Below are positions 19,426 to 27,354 of a DNA stretch of 64,000 nt, one piece after another. A model generated the notes under the pieces. It worked only from the letters and a program-made list of their open reading frames with translations. It did not search any database and was not told where the DNA came from. A program made the translations under genes and the position numbers. The stretch covers positions 23,187 to 87,186 of the forward strand of contig JAGMAD010000006.1 in assembly GCA_023130975.1 (NCBI GenBank), read 5' to 3'. How positions within the stretch are numbered: the stretch's first letter is position 1; the number at the start of each line of letters is the position of its first letter. The DNA is from Candidatus Parcubacteria bacterium. GTDB taxonomy: Bacteria > Patescibacteriota > Minisyncoccia > Minisyncoccales > JAGMDC01.

Positions 19426-20505
19426 ATGAATAATATGTCAAAAAATAAAAAAATAACTAACTTGAAAAAAAGTTCAATAATTGTTTTGGTAATAGCTTCT
19501 ATCGGTTTTTTATCTTTGTTCTTTCAACAAGAATTAGAGGATAACAAAAAATGTGAACAAAGTAATGAGTGCAAGCTTTCTCTTTGTGATTGCAAATGTT
19601 ATCGCGCGGGTCAGACGCCGGAAGTCTTAGAAAACAAGGTTTGTGGAATTAACTGTCAGGAGATACACGAAGTATTTGGCTGTAAATGTAAAAATAATAA
19701 GTGTTCAGAAGTAAAACCGATTAAAGTTGCCGCCTTCAATATTCAGATATTTGGAAAAACGAAAAGAGAGAAAAATGAAGTAATGGATGTGCTGAAAAGA
19801 ATCGCTCAAGAATTTGACATCATGCTTGTTCAAGAAATTAGAGATGTAAAAGAAGAAACCGCTTCTTATTACCTTCAAAAAATAAACGAAGCGGTTGGTT
19901 ATAAAAAATATGCTTTCCAAAGAAGTGAAAGGCTTGGCAGAGGAAAAAGTAAAGAAGCTTATGTTTATTTCTACAATACTGATAAAATAGAATTTATTGA
20001 GGGCTCTGCTTATGTGTATAATGATATAAACGATGTTTTTCAAAGAGAGCCATATATAGCTTCTTTTAAAAGTGGAAATTTTGACTTTACTCTTGCGGGA
20101 ATTCACGTTAAGCCAGATGATGCCGACTCCGAAATTGGCCATCTTGCGGATGTCGTTGATTCAATTTTAGTAAAGGACCCCAACGAAAAAGATATTATAG
20201 TTATGGGAGATTTTAATGCAGATGGAAGTTATTTTGATGAAAATGACAATATTAATCCTTTTAAATTCTCTAAATACCATTGGGCAATTACTAATAATAT
20301 GGATACTATGACTAAAACTGACTGGACTTATGATAGAATAGTTATGATGAATGCTACACTTAGTTATGAATATATGAGTAACAGCGCGGCAGTTTTTTAT
20401 TTTGATAAAGAATATGCTCTCAATGAGGAAAAATTGGTCTTGGAGGTCTCGGATCATTATCCAATCTATGCAAAGTTCAGAACAGATTTAATAGACGATG
20501 ATTAA
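19426..20505 (+). CDS. secreted/anchored DNase I-like nuclease (EEP superfamily) with Cys-rich N-terminal module
   Basis: 359 aa; TM anchor; KVAAFNIQIFGKTKREKNEVMDVLKRIAQEFDIMLVQEIRD parallels the DNase I N-terminus; C-terminal SDHYPIYAKF. Confidence 0.8.
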   Translation: MNNMSKNKKITNLKKSSIIVLVIASIGFLSLFFQQELEDNKKCEQSNECKLSLCDCKCYRAGQTPEVLENKVCGINCQEIHEVFGCKCKNNKCSEVKPIKVAAFNIQIFGKTKREKNEVMDVLKRIAQEFDIMLVQEIRDVKEETASYYLQKINEAVGYKKYAFQRSERLGRGKSKEAYVYFYNTDKIEFIEGSAYVYNDINDVFQREPYIASFKSGNFDFTLAGIHVKPDDADSEIGHLADVVDSILVKDPNEKDIIVMGDFNADGSYFDENDNINPFKFSKYHWAITNNMDTMTKTDWTYDRIVMMNATLSYEYMSNSAAVFYFDKEYALNEEKLVLEVSDHYPIYAKFRTDLIDDD

Positions 20506-20548
20506 AGCGACTGAGGTTTGATTTCAACCTTCCCAATTTATTTCTACT

Positions 20549-20573
20549 AAAAAACCGCCTCTTTGACGAGGCG
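20549..20573 (-). terminator. terminator hairpin CGCCTC/GAGGCG with T-run (minus), between convergent genes
   Basis: Minus reading CGCCTCgtcaaaGAGGCGgTTTTTT. Confidence 0.6.
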
Positions 20574-20631
20574 ACCGAAATTAGCTCCCAAGATAGGATG
20601 ATTTTTAGATTATATAATATAGAAAGATTTA

Positions 20632-20760
20632 TTACTTGCGTATCTTCACTCGTTCCTTTTCGGTAGTTCTTGGTTTTTTTTCAGCCTGTTTTCTTAAAAT
20701 AAATTTACCAGTTATTGAACTTCTATATATTATCCTTGTTTTTATTTTACTTTTTCCCAT
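20632..20760 (-). CDS. 42-aa basic small protein
   Basis: MGKSKIKTRIIYRSSITGKFILRKQAEKKPRTTEKERVKIRK. Below the ORF-track cutoff. Has its own TATAAT plus AAAGGTCGG box upstream and a terminator downstream. Resembles a recurrent small-protein family (R-S-x-x-T-G-x-F-V ... T-T-x-x-E). Confidence 0.5.
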   Translation of the reverse strand: MGKSKIKTRIIYRSSITGKFILRKQAEKKPRTTEKERVKIRK

Positions 20761-20842
20761 AATTTAAAGAGTTTTTAGAGTCCGACCTTTCTATTATATT
20801 TTAACACATTAAAAAACTTAAGGGAACAACCTCGAGAAGTTG

Positions 20843-20913
20843 GCTCCGCCAACTGGACGCTGCTGCACCCCGTAGTTCCCGCCTTAACGGGATACTACTG
20901 GGGTTAGAACCTG
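20843..20913 (-). repeat. family-1 tRNA-like 3' element, long form with 38-nt hairpin insert
   Basis: Minus reading CAGGTTCTAA[CCCCAGTAGTATCCCGTTAAGGCGGGAACTACGGGGTG]CAGCAGCGTCCAGTTGGCGGAGC; starts 5 nt after the stop of 20918..21352. Confidence 0.7.
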
Positions 20914-20917
20914 TCTT

Positions 20918-21352
20918 TTATCTAATTTTACTTAAATCACTATCAAGAATAACTGGTCTCATAGCTTCTATTTCTTCCTTGTAATTTATGTCAGGAATGG
21001 GATTTAGTAAAAATATCTTTTTACCTAAAACATAAGCAAATCCCATTTCTAAAAAAGTGTTACCTCCAATATAGTTTTTGATGCTATTTTTATCAAAATT
21101 CAAAACTAAAACCGCATCACTATTTTTTATTCTTTCTATATGCTCATCGATTAATGATTTCTTGATCTTCAATAAATCTTCTGTAAAATTATTTTTCCTC
21201 ATTGTGTGATAATCCTTCATAGATACAACATTGCCATTTACCTCAACTCCTTGCGACCAAATAAAAACAAGATGGTTTTCCTGTTCCAATCTTTTCTTAA
21301 TTTCGTAGCATTCTTTGGTAAAAAATGCTGATGAGCAAATTGTTATTTTCAT
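20918..21352 (-). CDS. nucleoside 2-deoxyribosyltransferase-like protein
   Basis: 144 aa; MKITICSSAFF..SDAVLVLN..YIGGNTFLEMGFAYVLGKKIFLL pattern of the NDT-like/YtoQ-type fold. Confidence 0.5.
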   Translation of the reverse strand: MKITICSSAFFTKECYEIKKRLEQENHLVFIWSQGVEVNGNVVSMKDYHTMRKNNFTEDLLKIKKSLIDEHIERIKNSDAVLVLNFDKNSIKNYIGGNTFLEMGFAYVLGKKIFLLNPIPDINYKEEIEAMRPVILDSDLSKIR

Positions 21353-21377
21353 AATTAAAGATTTAAACTTGATTTTT

Positions 21378-21487
21378 ATTTCGGCAGCTAGGATGAAAGC
21401 TGCCGAAAGAACTTGCCCGCCCGCTTCGCCGAAGCTTCAGCGAGGCGAGAAGGGATACCCTACCCTTCAGGGTAGGATAGTTCATAA
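21378..21487. repeat. 110-nt three-hairpin element, copy A (inverted partner at 23040-23150)
   Basis: The central 56 nt are identical to the reverse complement of copy B. The flanking hairpins differ by compensatory changes. Overlaps the last 9 codons and stop of maf. Confidence 0.85.
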
Positions 21488-22056
21488 CCGACATCAGGAA
21501 GCATTTCAACTATTATTTCCAAAGGAATACCTCTTAAAAGATTATTATAACTTCCCTCTATTCTTTGAATAAATGCCGAACTGGAATGCTTTAAGGGGTC
21601 ATAACCCAAAGCATAAGTATTAAAATGAGGGTCTTCATCAAGATATTTCTCAATTTCTTTATCTGAAAGTTTTCTCATAAATACCTCTGTTTTAACAACT
21701 CTTGAAATTATTTTATTCAAAGATGTATTAATCATATAAATTCCTGTATAAAATTGATGGTTATTTCCTGACAGGGATTGTAGCCGCTGAAATTTTTCTT
21801 CTTTTGATTTTGGCTTTTCAAGAATCTGATTATTAAAATATCCAACAGAATCCATCCCAATTACAATAGCGTCGGAATGGTTTTTAGCCACTGCTTCCGC
21901 CTTTAATCTGGAAAGATTTTTTACCAATTCTTCAGGATTATTTCTCTCCGCTTTAGATTCATCCACATTACTTCCTTCCACTTCAAAATCAATTCCTAAA
22001 TATCCAAATGCTTCTTTGCGGTATGGAGAAGTTGTGGCTAAAATTAGTTTGGTCAT
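21460..22056 (-). CDS. maf: Maf-like nucleoside triphosphate pyrophosphatase
   Basis: 198 aa; LILATTSPYRKEAFGYLGIDFEV.., GIYMIN.., typical Maf. Confidence 0.85.
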   Translation of the reverse strand: MTKLILATTSPYRKEAFGYLGIDFEVEGSNVDESKAERNNPEELVKNLSRLKAEAVAKNHSDAIVIGMDSVGYFNNQILEKPKSKEEKFQRLQSLSGNNHQFYTGIYMINTSLNKIISRVVKTEVFMRKLSDKEIEKYLDEDPHFNTYALGYDPLKHSSSAFIQRIEGSYNNLLRGIPLEIIVEMLPDVGYELSYPEG

Positions 22057-22067
22057 AAAAATAAATT

Positions 22068-22163
22068 AATGAATTTTATCTAAATCTTTATTTATAACTA
22101 TTGGCTGCATTACTTTAATCTCATCTCTATAAAGCATATACTGGCACAAATTACAATTTTCAT
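22068..22163 (-). pseudogene. internally deleted remnant of an NDT-like paralog
   Basis: ATG at 22161-22163 gives MKIVICAS (compare MKITICSS of 20918..21352). A second frame gives YRDEIKVMQPIVINKDLDKIH* (compare KEEIEAMRPVILDSDLSKIR*). The middle of the gene is missing. Confidence 0.6.
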
Positions 22164-22178
22164 ATTGCTTTATCTTAC

Positions 22179-22206
22179 AAAAAAATTGCCTTCTTGGCAA
22201 TTTTTT
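22179..22206 (-). terminator. terminator AAAAAATTGCC-ttctt-GGCAATTTTTT
   Basis: Perfect palindrome with A-run and T-run. Confidence 0.7.
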
Positions 22207-22210
22207 ATCG

Positions 22211-22240
22211 GCTCCCCCAACTGGACGCTATTAGAACCTG
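22211..22240 (-). repeat. family-1 tRNA-like 3' element
   Basis: Minus reading CAGGTTCTAATAGCGTCCAGTTGGGGGAGC, between the stop of 22314..22937 and its terminator. Confidence 0.7.
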
Positions 22241-22313
22241 TTTAAGGGAAATTTAAATAAAAAAGTGGGGGGCAGAAAGAAATCTCATGATTTTTCCTTG
22301 CCTCCCTTAGGAA

Positions 22314-22937
22314 TTATGGCTCTACCTTTACACTCCAAGTAATCTCTTCTTTACGAGCGCCCGGCTCAAGCTTCACTTTATCCTGGTCAACCATACTTTT
22401 AAGTTTTTTTTCGTTGACATCTGTATTTATCTTCTGGCTCATCACCTTTGGTAATTCTTCCTCAGAAATACCAAGGCCCATCAGAGCTTTTTTTATGGTT
22501 TTTTCCAGAATCTCTTCGGAAATAGTAATTCCCTTTTTGGTGACAAAGCCAACTGGAACGGAGACAGAAACAATCAGTGTTTCTCTGACTATGGCTGAAT
22601 AACTAATCTGCAAAGATTGTCTTAGCAAATCTCTGTCATAACTCACTTTCTCACTAGGAAATGTAGTAAGAACAAAATTGTCCTTTTCTGAGACAAGACC
22701 TCGCAATCCCTTGGTTTCTTGGGCTATTTTAAGTATTTGTTCTCTGTCGAGAAGCCGAACCCCATCCAATCTGTCTATTTCACATTTGATTGTATAGTAT
22801 TTTCTAGCCAGTCCATAAAACTCCTCGATAGTTCTACGCAAGATATCCAGCTCAACATCTGGCTCTCTTCTTAATTGAACCCCCTCAATATGAGTCGGGA
22901 AAGTACCAAATCTCTCTTTTTTTACCATTTTCTTCAC
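22314..22937 (-). CDS. hypothetical protein
   Basis: 207 aa; SD-like AGAGGTGA upstream; no family recognised. Confidence 0.55.
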   Translation of the reverse strand: MKKMVKKERFGTFPTHIEGVQLRREPDVELDILRRTIEEFYGLARKYYTIKCEIDRLDGVRLLDREQILKIAQETKGLRGLVSEKDNFVLTTFPSEKVSYDRDLLRQSLQISYSAIVRETLIVSVSVPVGFVTKKGITISEEILEKTIKKALMGLGISEEELPKVMSQKINTDVNEKKLKSMVDQDKVKLEPGARKEEITWSVKVEP

Positions 22938-22980
22938 CTCTTTTTATATTATGTGCTGTATATTTCTAATCTTAGTTTCT

Positions 22981-23021
22981 TAAACAAAAAAGTCAAGCCC
23001 GAGGCGCAAGACGCCTCGGGC
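22981..23021 (-). terminator. strong intrinsic terminator
   Basis: GCCCGAGGCG-tcttg-CGCCTCGGGC followed by TTGACTTTTTTG on the minus strand. Confidence 0.8.
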
Positions 23022-23039
23022 AAAGAAGTGATAACTCAA

Positions 23040-23150
23040 TTATGAACTACCCTGCCCTAAAGGGCAGGGTATCCCTTCTCGCCTCGCTGAAGCTTCGGCG
23101 AAGCGGGCGGGCAAGTTCTTTCGGCGGTGGAGTATTCCCGCCGCCGAAAT
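23040..23150. repeat. 111-nt three-hairpin element, copy B
   Basis: Reverse complement of copy A. On the minus strand it starts 3 nt after the stop of 23154..23468 and is followed by the 22981-23021 terminator. Confidence 0.85.
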
Positions 23151-23153
23151 AGA

Positions 23154-23468
23154 TTAATATTCTAATTTTACTCCAAGTTTATCTGCTAAAGATTGGATCC
23201 ATTTTTCATGACGATTAAGTTGATTTGATACAGCTACATATTCTGTTTTTAAGTCACTAACCGCTTTAACAAGTTTATCCACTGAGTTTGTTAAGTTTTG
23301 AATAGATCCTCTAAGAGCAATAAGCTCTTGTTTTGTTTCCTTTCTCAATAAATCAAACTCTTCAAGGGTTACTAATTTTGAACTTAAATTATTTAAATCC
23401 TCTTTGGTGGTTGTGTTCTGAAACTTCTCATCCAAATATTCAATTAATTCTTTATAATCTTTGTCCAT
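23154..23468 (-). CDS. coiled-coil hypothetical protein
   Basis: 104 aa from ATG 23468 (track uses GTG 23471); heptad-rich; TTGACA-N16-TATAAT sits 7 nt upstream of the ATG. Confidence 0.55.
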   Translation of the reverse strand: MDKDYKELIEYLDEKFQNTTTKEDLNNLSSKLVTLEEFDLLRKETKQELIALRGSIQNLTNSVDKLVKAVSDLKTEYVAVSNQLNRHEKWIQSLADKLGVKLEY

Positions 23469-23508
23469 CACTTTAATTATAAAACCTCAAAAACTAATGT
23501 CAAATTCA

Positions 23509-23538
23509 GCTCCCCCAACTAAATACTGTTAGAACCTG
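23509..23538 (-). repeat. family-1 tRNA-like 3' element (diverged)
   Basis: Minus reading CAGGTTCTAACAGTATTTAGTTGGGGGAGC, 9 nt after the stop of 23548..23769. Confidence 0.6.
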
Positions 23539-23547
23539 CTTAGCAAT

Positions 23548-23769
23548 CTAAAGTTCTTCTTTTTGAAACTTCTCTTCCTGGATTTGGTCTGACCTCCTGA
23601 TAATTTTTATTAATTCGGCAACATGTTCTTTTTCGTCATCTCTAATATGACCCAATATCTTTTTAACTTCTTTATTATCAGTTTCATCTATATGTTCCTG
23701 ATATTGATTAATAGCTTGTAGTTCTCCTATTAAATCTTCTCTTAAGTTTTTTAGAGTTTTATTGTCCAT
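23548..23769 (-). CDS. small ferritin-like (EncFtn-like) protein
   Basis: 73 aa; IGELQAINQYQEHI..ILGHIRDDEKEHVAELIKIIRR parallels the ExxA..Y....HNxNEExEH..xLxWIRR pattern of encapsulated-ferritin-type proteins. Confidence 0.5.
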   Translation of the reverse strand: MDNKTLKNLREDLIGELQAINQYQEHIDETDNKEVKKILGHIRDDEKEHVAELIKIIRRSDQIQEEKFQKEEL

Positions 23770-23842
23770 ATTTTTCTAATCTCTTTTATTTATAATATTT
23801 GACCTTTGTATTTTTATTCTACCAAAGAATCGCTTTTTCGCC

Positions 23843-23877
23843 AATCCGTCAGCTGGCGGAGCAGAGGGGATTTTTTT
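23843..23877 (+). terminator. plus-strand hairpin AATCC..GGATT plus T7 enclosing a family-1-like box
   Basis: AATCCGTCAGCTGGCGGAGCAGAGGGGATTTTTTT. Confidence 0.45.
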
Positions 23878-23919
23878 ACTAAACTTTTGAAATATTTTTT
23901 AAATATGATATATTTAATT

Positions 23920-23961
23920 AAGAACCTGACTTCGTCAGAACCTTGTTTTTCGCTAACGCTC
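23920..23961 (+). repeat. family-2 element (dispersed copy)
   Basis: AAGAACCTGACTTCGTCAGAACCTTG..TTCGCTAACGCTC. Confidence 0.6.
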
Positions 23962-24003
23962 AAAATAAGAGGAAATAGCTTTAGAAAAAATAATCAACTA
24001 ATT

Positions 24004-24228
24004 ATGTTCTTCGTAGATGGCAAATTTAATATTACTCTGGTTTTACTTGGTATAATCTTAGCTTTTTATTTGTGGTATACTTTTGCTATTGTCTATCATT
24101 TAATCAGATTCGGAGTAGGAACCAAACCTAAAACCATCGCCTTAATTTTCTTTGTGGGCTCTGTTTTCTTATTTTCTCTGGCAATAATTATTTATACCCA
24201 AATTAATTGGGCAACTATTTTGCAATAA
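24004..24228 (+). CDS. small 2-TM membrane protein
   Basis: 74 aa from ATG 24004; the track N-terminal extension (23806-) crosses repeats and a terminator. Confidence 0.5.
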   Translation: MFFVDGKFNITLVLLGIILAFYLWYTFAIVYHLIRFGVGTKPKTIALIFFVGSVFLFSLAIIIYTQINWATILQ

Positions 24229-24236
24229 ATTATTTT

Positions 24237-24755
24237 ATGTCTATCTTTACTTCCTCAAAAAATAGTTTTGAAGGACAACTCCCGGGAGAAACCACAATTT
24301 TGTTAACCAGAAAGCATTGGCTTAATTTATTCGTTCCGCTGTTTATTAATCTGCTGCTGATTTTATTACCTTTTGTGGTTTATTTTATCATAAATTCCTT
24401 TAGCTGGTACGATAAGATTTCCTCTCTTTATTGGTTCCTGGCAACACTACTTCTGTTAATTTTATGGAATTTAGCTTTTTATAACATTATGATTTATGCT
24501 CTAAATACTGTTTTAGTAACTAACAAAAGAGTAATCGAAAATAAGCAAGAAGGTCTGTTTAAACACAGAATTAACGAATTAGAATTAGATAAGGTTCAGG
24601 ACATATCAATAAAGGTTTTCGGTCTTTTAGCAGAGTTGTTGAGTTTTGGAAATTTAGAGATTCAAAGCGCTGGAGCCAAAGTTAAGTTCTCTTTTACTCA
24701 ACTGCCTCATCCCCAAAAGATAAAAAATACTATTATGAAGTTAAAAATTAGTTGA
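24237..24755 (+). CDS. bacterial PH domain (bPH_2/YdbS-like) membrane protein
   Basis: 172 aa from ATG 24237; 2 TM then VLVTNKRVIENKQEGLFKHRINELELDKVQDISI. Confidence 0.6.
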   Translation: MSIFTSSKNSFEGQLPGETTILLTRKHWLNLFVPLFINLLLILLPFVVYFIINSFSWYDKISSLYWFLATLLLLILWNLAFYNIMIYALNTVLVTNKRVIENKQEGLFKHRINELELDKVQDISIKVFGLLAELLSFGNLEIQSAGAKVKFSFTQLPHPQKIKNTIMKLKIS

Positions 24756-24835
24756 ATCTCAGCAGAATTAAAAACTGATTATGAAAAAAAGCCCAAGAAT
24801 GGGCTTAATTTCATTTATTTGATTTACTGAATTTC

Positions 24836-25033
24836 TTAAAGGCGGGTTACGTTTGTTGCGTTAGGACCCTTTGCAGAATCGGTCTTATCGAAAGACACTC
24901 TATCACCTACTTTTAACTCTTCAAAGGTTACACCCTTAAGTTCGTTGCTGTGAAAGAATAAATCTTTCTCTTCACCATCAACGGTAATAAATCCAAATCC
25001 TTTACCCGTAAGGTTTTTAATTGTTCCTTCCAT
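24836..25033 (-). CDS. cold-shock domain protein (CspA family)
   Basis: 65 aa; KGFGFI RNP-1 and FFHSNE RNP-2-like motifs. Confidence 0.92.
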   Translation of the reverse strand: MEGTIKNLTGKGFGFITVDGEEKDLFFHSNELKGVTFEELKVGDRVSFDKTDSAKGPNATNVTRL

Positions 25034-25045
25034 GATTGTAATTTA

Positions 25046-25100
25046 CCCTATTAAATAATTCCGCCAAAGGCGAAATTGCCCCAAAGGGCATTTAACAGGG
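25046..25100 (-). promoter_or_regulatory. structured 5' UTR of the csp gene (outer helix enclosing two hairpins)
   Basis: Outer CCCTATTAAAT/ATTTAACAGGG; inner CCGCC-aaa-GGCG and TGCCC-caaa-GGGCA; ends 13 nt before the ATG. Confidence 0.5.
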
Positions 25101-25248
25101 TGAAGATTAATTAATTTTAGTTCCCTGAATAAACTCGACTAAATTTTGATTAAGGCAACTATCTATGAATAATATTAACATTTAAAAAATAATTAGTCAA
25201 CCAAAAAACCACCTTTCCGCCAACTGGCGGAGACGAGACGGTAAATTT

Positions 25249-25278
25249 ACTCCCCCAACTGGACGTTATTAGAACCTG
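25249..25278 (-). repeat. family-1 tRNA-like 3' element
   Basis: Minus reading CAGGTTCTAATAACGTCCAGTTGGGGGAGT after the stop of 25303..25527; a second partial box CCGCCAGTTGGCGGA lies at 25216-25232. Confidence 0.7.
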
Positions 25279-25302
25279 TTTGATGAAAATTTAGAAAAAA
25301 CT

Positions 25303-25527
25303 CTAAAAGAAAGCGTATAATACAGCCATTGCAAGCGTGATAAGTAGTGTTATGCCAATCCATGCTTTAGCGCCAGCCTCACGTATTCCGTATCCAACCC
25401 AAAGAAGTATTGGAATTAAATACAAAGGCACTACGTCAACTGGTTTGTGAACTACATTCTTAAAAAATATCACCAACAGCAATGGAAGAAAAAATGCAAC
25501 TATTAATATTTTTGTGTCATCTTTCAT
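25303..25527 (-). CDS. small 2-3 TM membrane protein
   Basis: 74 aa, hydrophobic; TATAAT plus AAAGGTCGGG box upstream. Confidence 0.55.
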   Translation of the reverse strand: MKDDTKILIVAFFLPLLLVIFFKNVVHKPVDVVPLYLIPILLWVGYGIREAGAKAWIGITLLITLAMAVLYAFF

Positions 25528-25586
25528 TTTTATTATCTTCTTTTTTAAATAGTTTAGACCCGACCTTTATCAAATTATACCAAATT

Positions 25587-25613
25587 AAAAACCTGAGACA
25601 AACAATTCTCAGG
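25587..25613 (-). terminator. intrinsic terminator CCTGAGA/TCTCAGG plus T-run
   Basis: Minus reading CCTGAGAattgtttgTCTCAGGTTTTT. Confidence 0.7.
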
Positions 25614-25713
25614 TCCTTGCTCCGCCAACACTAACATCAAAATCTTTAAGCAATCCTCTATAAAGATTTTCACTCCCGCATTTTAGACATTTTTCGTTTG
25701 TTATATTTCTACT

Positions 25714-25893
25714 CTATTTTACAATATACTTCAATAAACTATAACAAATAAAAGTAATAACAGCCACCAACAATCCTGTAATTGTCCAATGTAATTCTGT
25801 CGTGGTTCCTATTAAAACTCCTAAAAATCCGCCGAGCCCCGCCGCAATTCCGACTATAATTGGTATTTTGTTCATTTTATTATCTTGCTCCAT
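25714..25893 (-). CDS. 59-aa membrane protein
   Basis: MEQDNKMNKIPIIVGIAAGLGGFLGVLIGTTTELHWTITGLLVAVITFICYSLLKYIVK; below track cutoff; followed by a terminator. Confidence 0.45.
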   Translation of the reverse strand: MEQDNKMNKIPIIVGIAAGLGGFLGVLIGTTTELHWTITGLLVAVITFICYSLLKYIVK

Positions 25894-25950
25894 ATTTATA
25901 CTTTAATTTTACCTCGACCTTTACTTCATTGTCAAATTCTTCATTAAATT

Positions 25951-26109
25951 TTACGCTCCGCTGAGGCATATCCGCTTTTTGAGAAAACTATCTCGGACAA
26001 CTAAATTAAAAGTTCCGAATTTCATTTTACGGATGTATTCGATTAATTTAATCTCGGCCGGGTAGAGTTCGTCTAACACTTTGTCTTGCGCATTGATTAC
26101 TGCTTTCAT
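25951..26109 (-). CDS. 52-aa YezD/DUF2292-like small protein
   Basis: MKAVINAQDKVLDELYPAEIKLIEYIRKMKFGTFNLVVRDSF...; below track cutoff. Confidence 0.4.
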   Translation of the reverse strand: MKAVINAQDKVLDELYPAEIKLIEYIRKMKFGTFNLVVRDSFLKKRICLSGA

Positions 26110-26196
26110 ATCTATTATAACTTAAAGATTCTTTTTAGAAAAGTAAAAAAATTTATTAAAAACTGCGCAGTGACGGACTTTTTTTGTTTTAATTAA

Positions 26197-26226
26197 AAAC
26201 CACCTCAAATTTAATTGGGGTGGTTT
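26197..26226 (-). terminator. terminator AAACCACC/GGTGGTTT
   Basis: Hairpin plus T-run downstream of 26299..26847. Confidence 0.5.
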
Positions 26227-26298
26227 TGAAATCTAATTTGCAGCCAAAAAATCATCTCCTGCTTACTCTGTTTTGTCCGTGGTGATGGTTACTTATTC

Positions 26299-26847
26299 TT
26301 ATTCTAAACATCCGCACATTTCAGTATTTTTTTCTGTAAGCAATCTTTCATTGGAAATCCAAGGGCAAGGTTCTGATTTATCTTTGGCTACTGCTTTACA
26401 ATACTCTTCACAATTGATTTCCTTTTTTACCGTACATCTGTTATCAACACAAACAGGTGTAAATTTCTCTAAATTTAAGCAATCAAAACAACGAGGCGGC
26501 GCGTATCGTGGACAGAGTGGCGGACATTTTGCTTTCATTTCCTGTTCTATTTTTTCCTTATTTGCTTTATTTACAACCTTTGATGGTTCTCTTTTACAGG
26601 GATCCGGGGTAGGACAACATTGAAAATCCAAAAATACGCAATCGCTATCTTGCGAACAGGATTCTTCTTCCGGTATCACTTCTTCCGGCAATTTTTCTTT
26701 TGACATTTCACCTTCCCTTTCCGACAGCCAGCCATACTGCCATACCACAATTCCGCCGGCAATGCCAGCGACTAAAACGATAATTAAAATTCCTATTGGC
26801 GTAGAAATCCCTTTGTTTAAAAACTTAAATTGATTTTGATTACTCAT
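26299..26847 (-). CDS. membrane-anchored Cys-rich hypothetical protein
   Basis: 182 aa; one TM, then about 16 Cys in the ectodomain. Confidence 0.55.
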   Translation of the reverse strand: MSNQNQFKFLNKGISTPIGILIIVLVAGIAGGIVVWQYGWLSEREGEMSKEKLPEEVIPEEESCSQDSDCVFLDFQCCPTPDPCKREPSKVVNKANKEKIEQEMKAKCPPLCPRYAPPRCFDCLNLEKFTPVCVDNRCTVKKEINCEEYCKAVAKDKSEPCPWISNERLLTEKNTEMCGCLE

Positions 26848-27111
26848 AATCTTTTACTTTTTCTTTTAACTAATTGGAATAAATTTTTATTCCAAAAGAC
26901 CTAAAAAAAAAGCGTTTAATTGAATATTAGTAATGATAACATTTTTTAAACCATAAAAAAGATTATGAATTTTTGTCTATTTATTCACTAAAATGAAATT
27001 GTGAAAATACATTTCCGAAAAGTAAAAACTTGCTTTCAGCAAATTTTTTGCCGTGCTTTGATTTTTAGCTCCGTTTCTGTCAATTATCCTTTTTACTAGC
27101 AACGCTCAGTT

Positions 27112-27354
27112 CTAACCCTTATATTTTCTCGGATCTGCTCCGTAAGTATGTTCTGTCTGAATTTTGCCGGTTCTTCCGTGTATTTTTATCTGGCTTGGTT
27201 TTTGCTTTTTTGCAATTCCCCGGGCTTTTTTAATTGCTTTTTCTTTATTTTCAAACACAGCAATCGATTGTTTGTTTCCTTCTTTGGCTATCTTCCAGTC
27301 TTTTGCCCCTCCTTTTTTCTTTGGAGCAATATGAATTATTAGCCTCTTAGACAT
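27112..27354 (-). CDS. DUF2188 family small protein
   Basis: 80 aa; IHIAPKKKGGAKDWKI..FENKEKAIKKARGIAK..IKIHGRTGKIQTEHTYGADPRKYKG. Confidence 0.75.
   Translation of the reverse strand: MSKRLIIHIAPKKKGGAKDWKIAKEGNKQSIAVFENKEKAIKKARGIAKKQKPSQIKIHGRTGKIQTEHTYGADPRKYKG

Noticed and set aside
23548-23769. Encapsulin nanocompartment operon (EncFtn-like cargo)
   Set aside because: No encapsulin shell gene is adjacent and the neighbours are a coiled-coil protein and small membrane proteins. Only the ferritin-like call was kept, at moderate confidence
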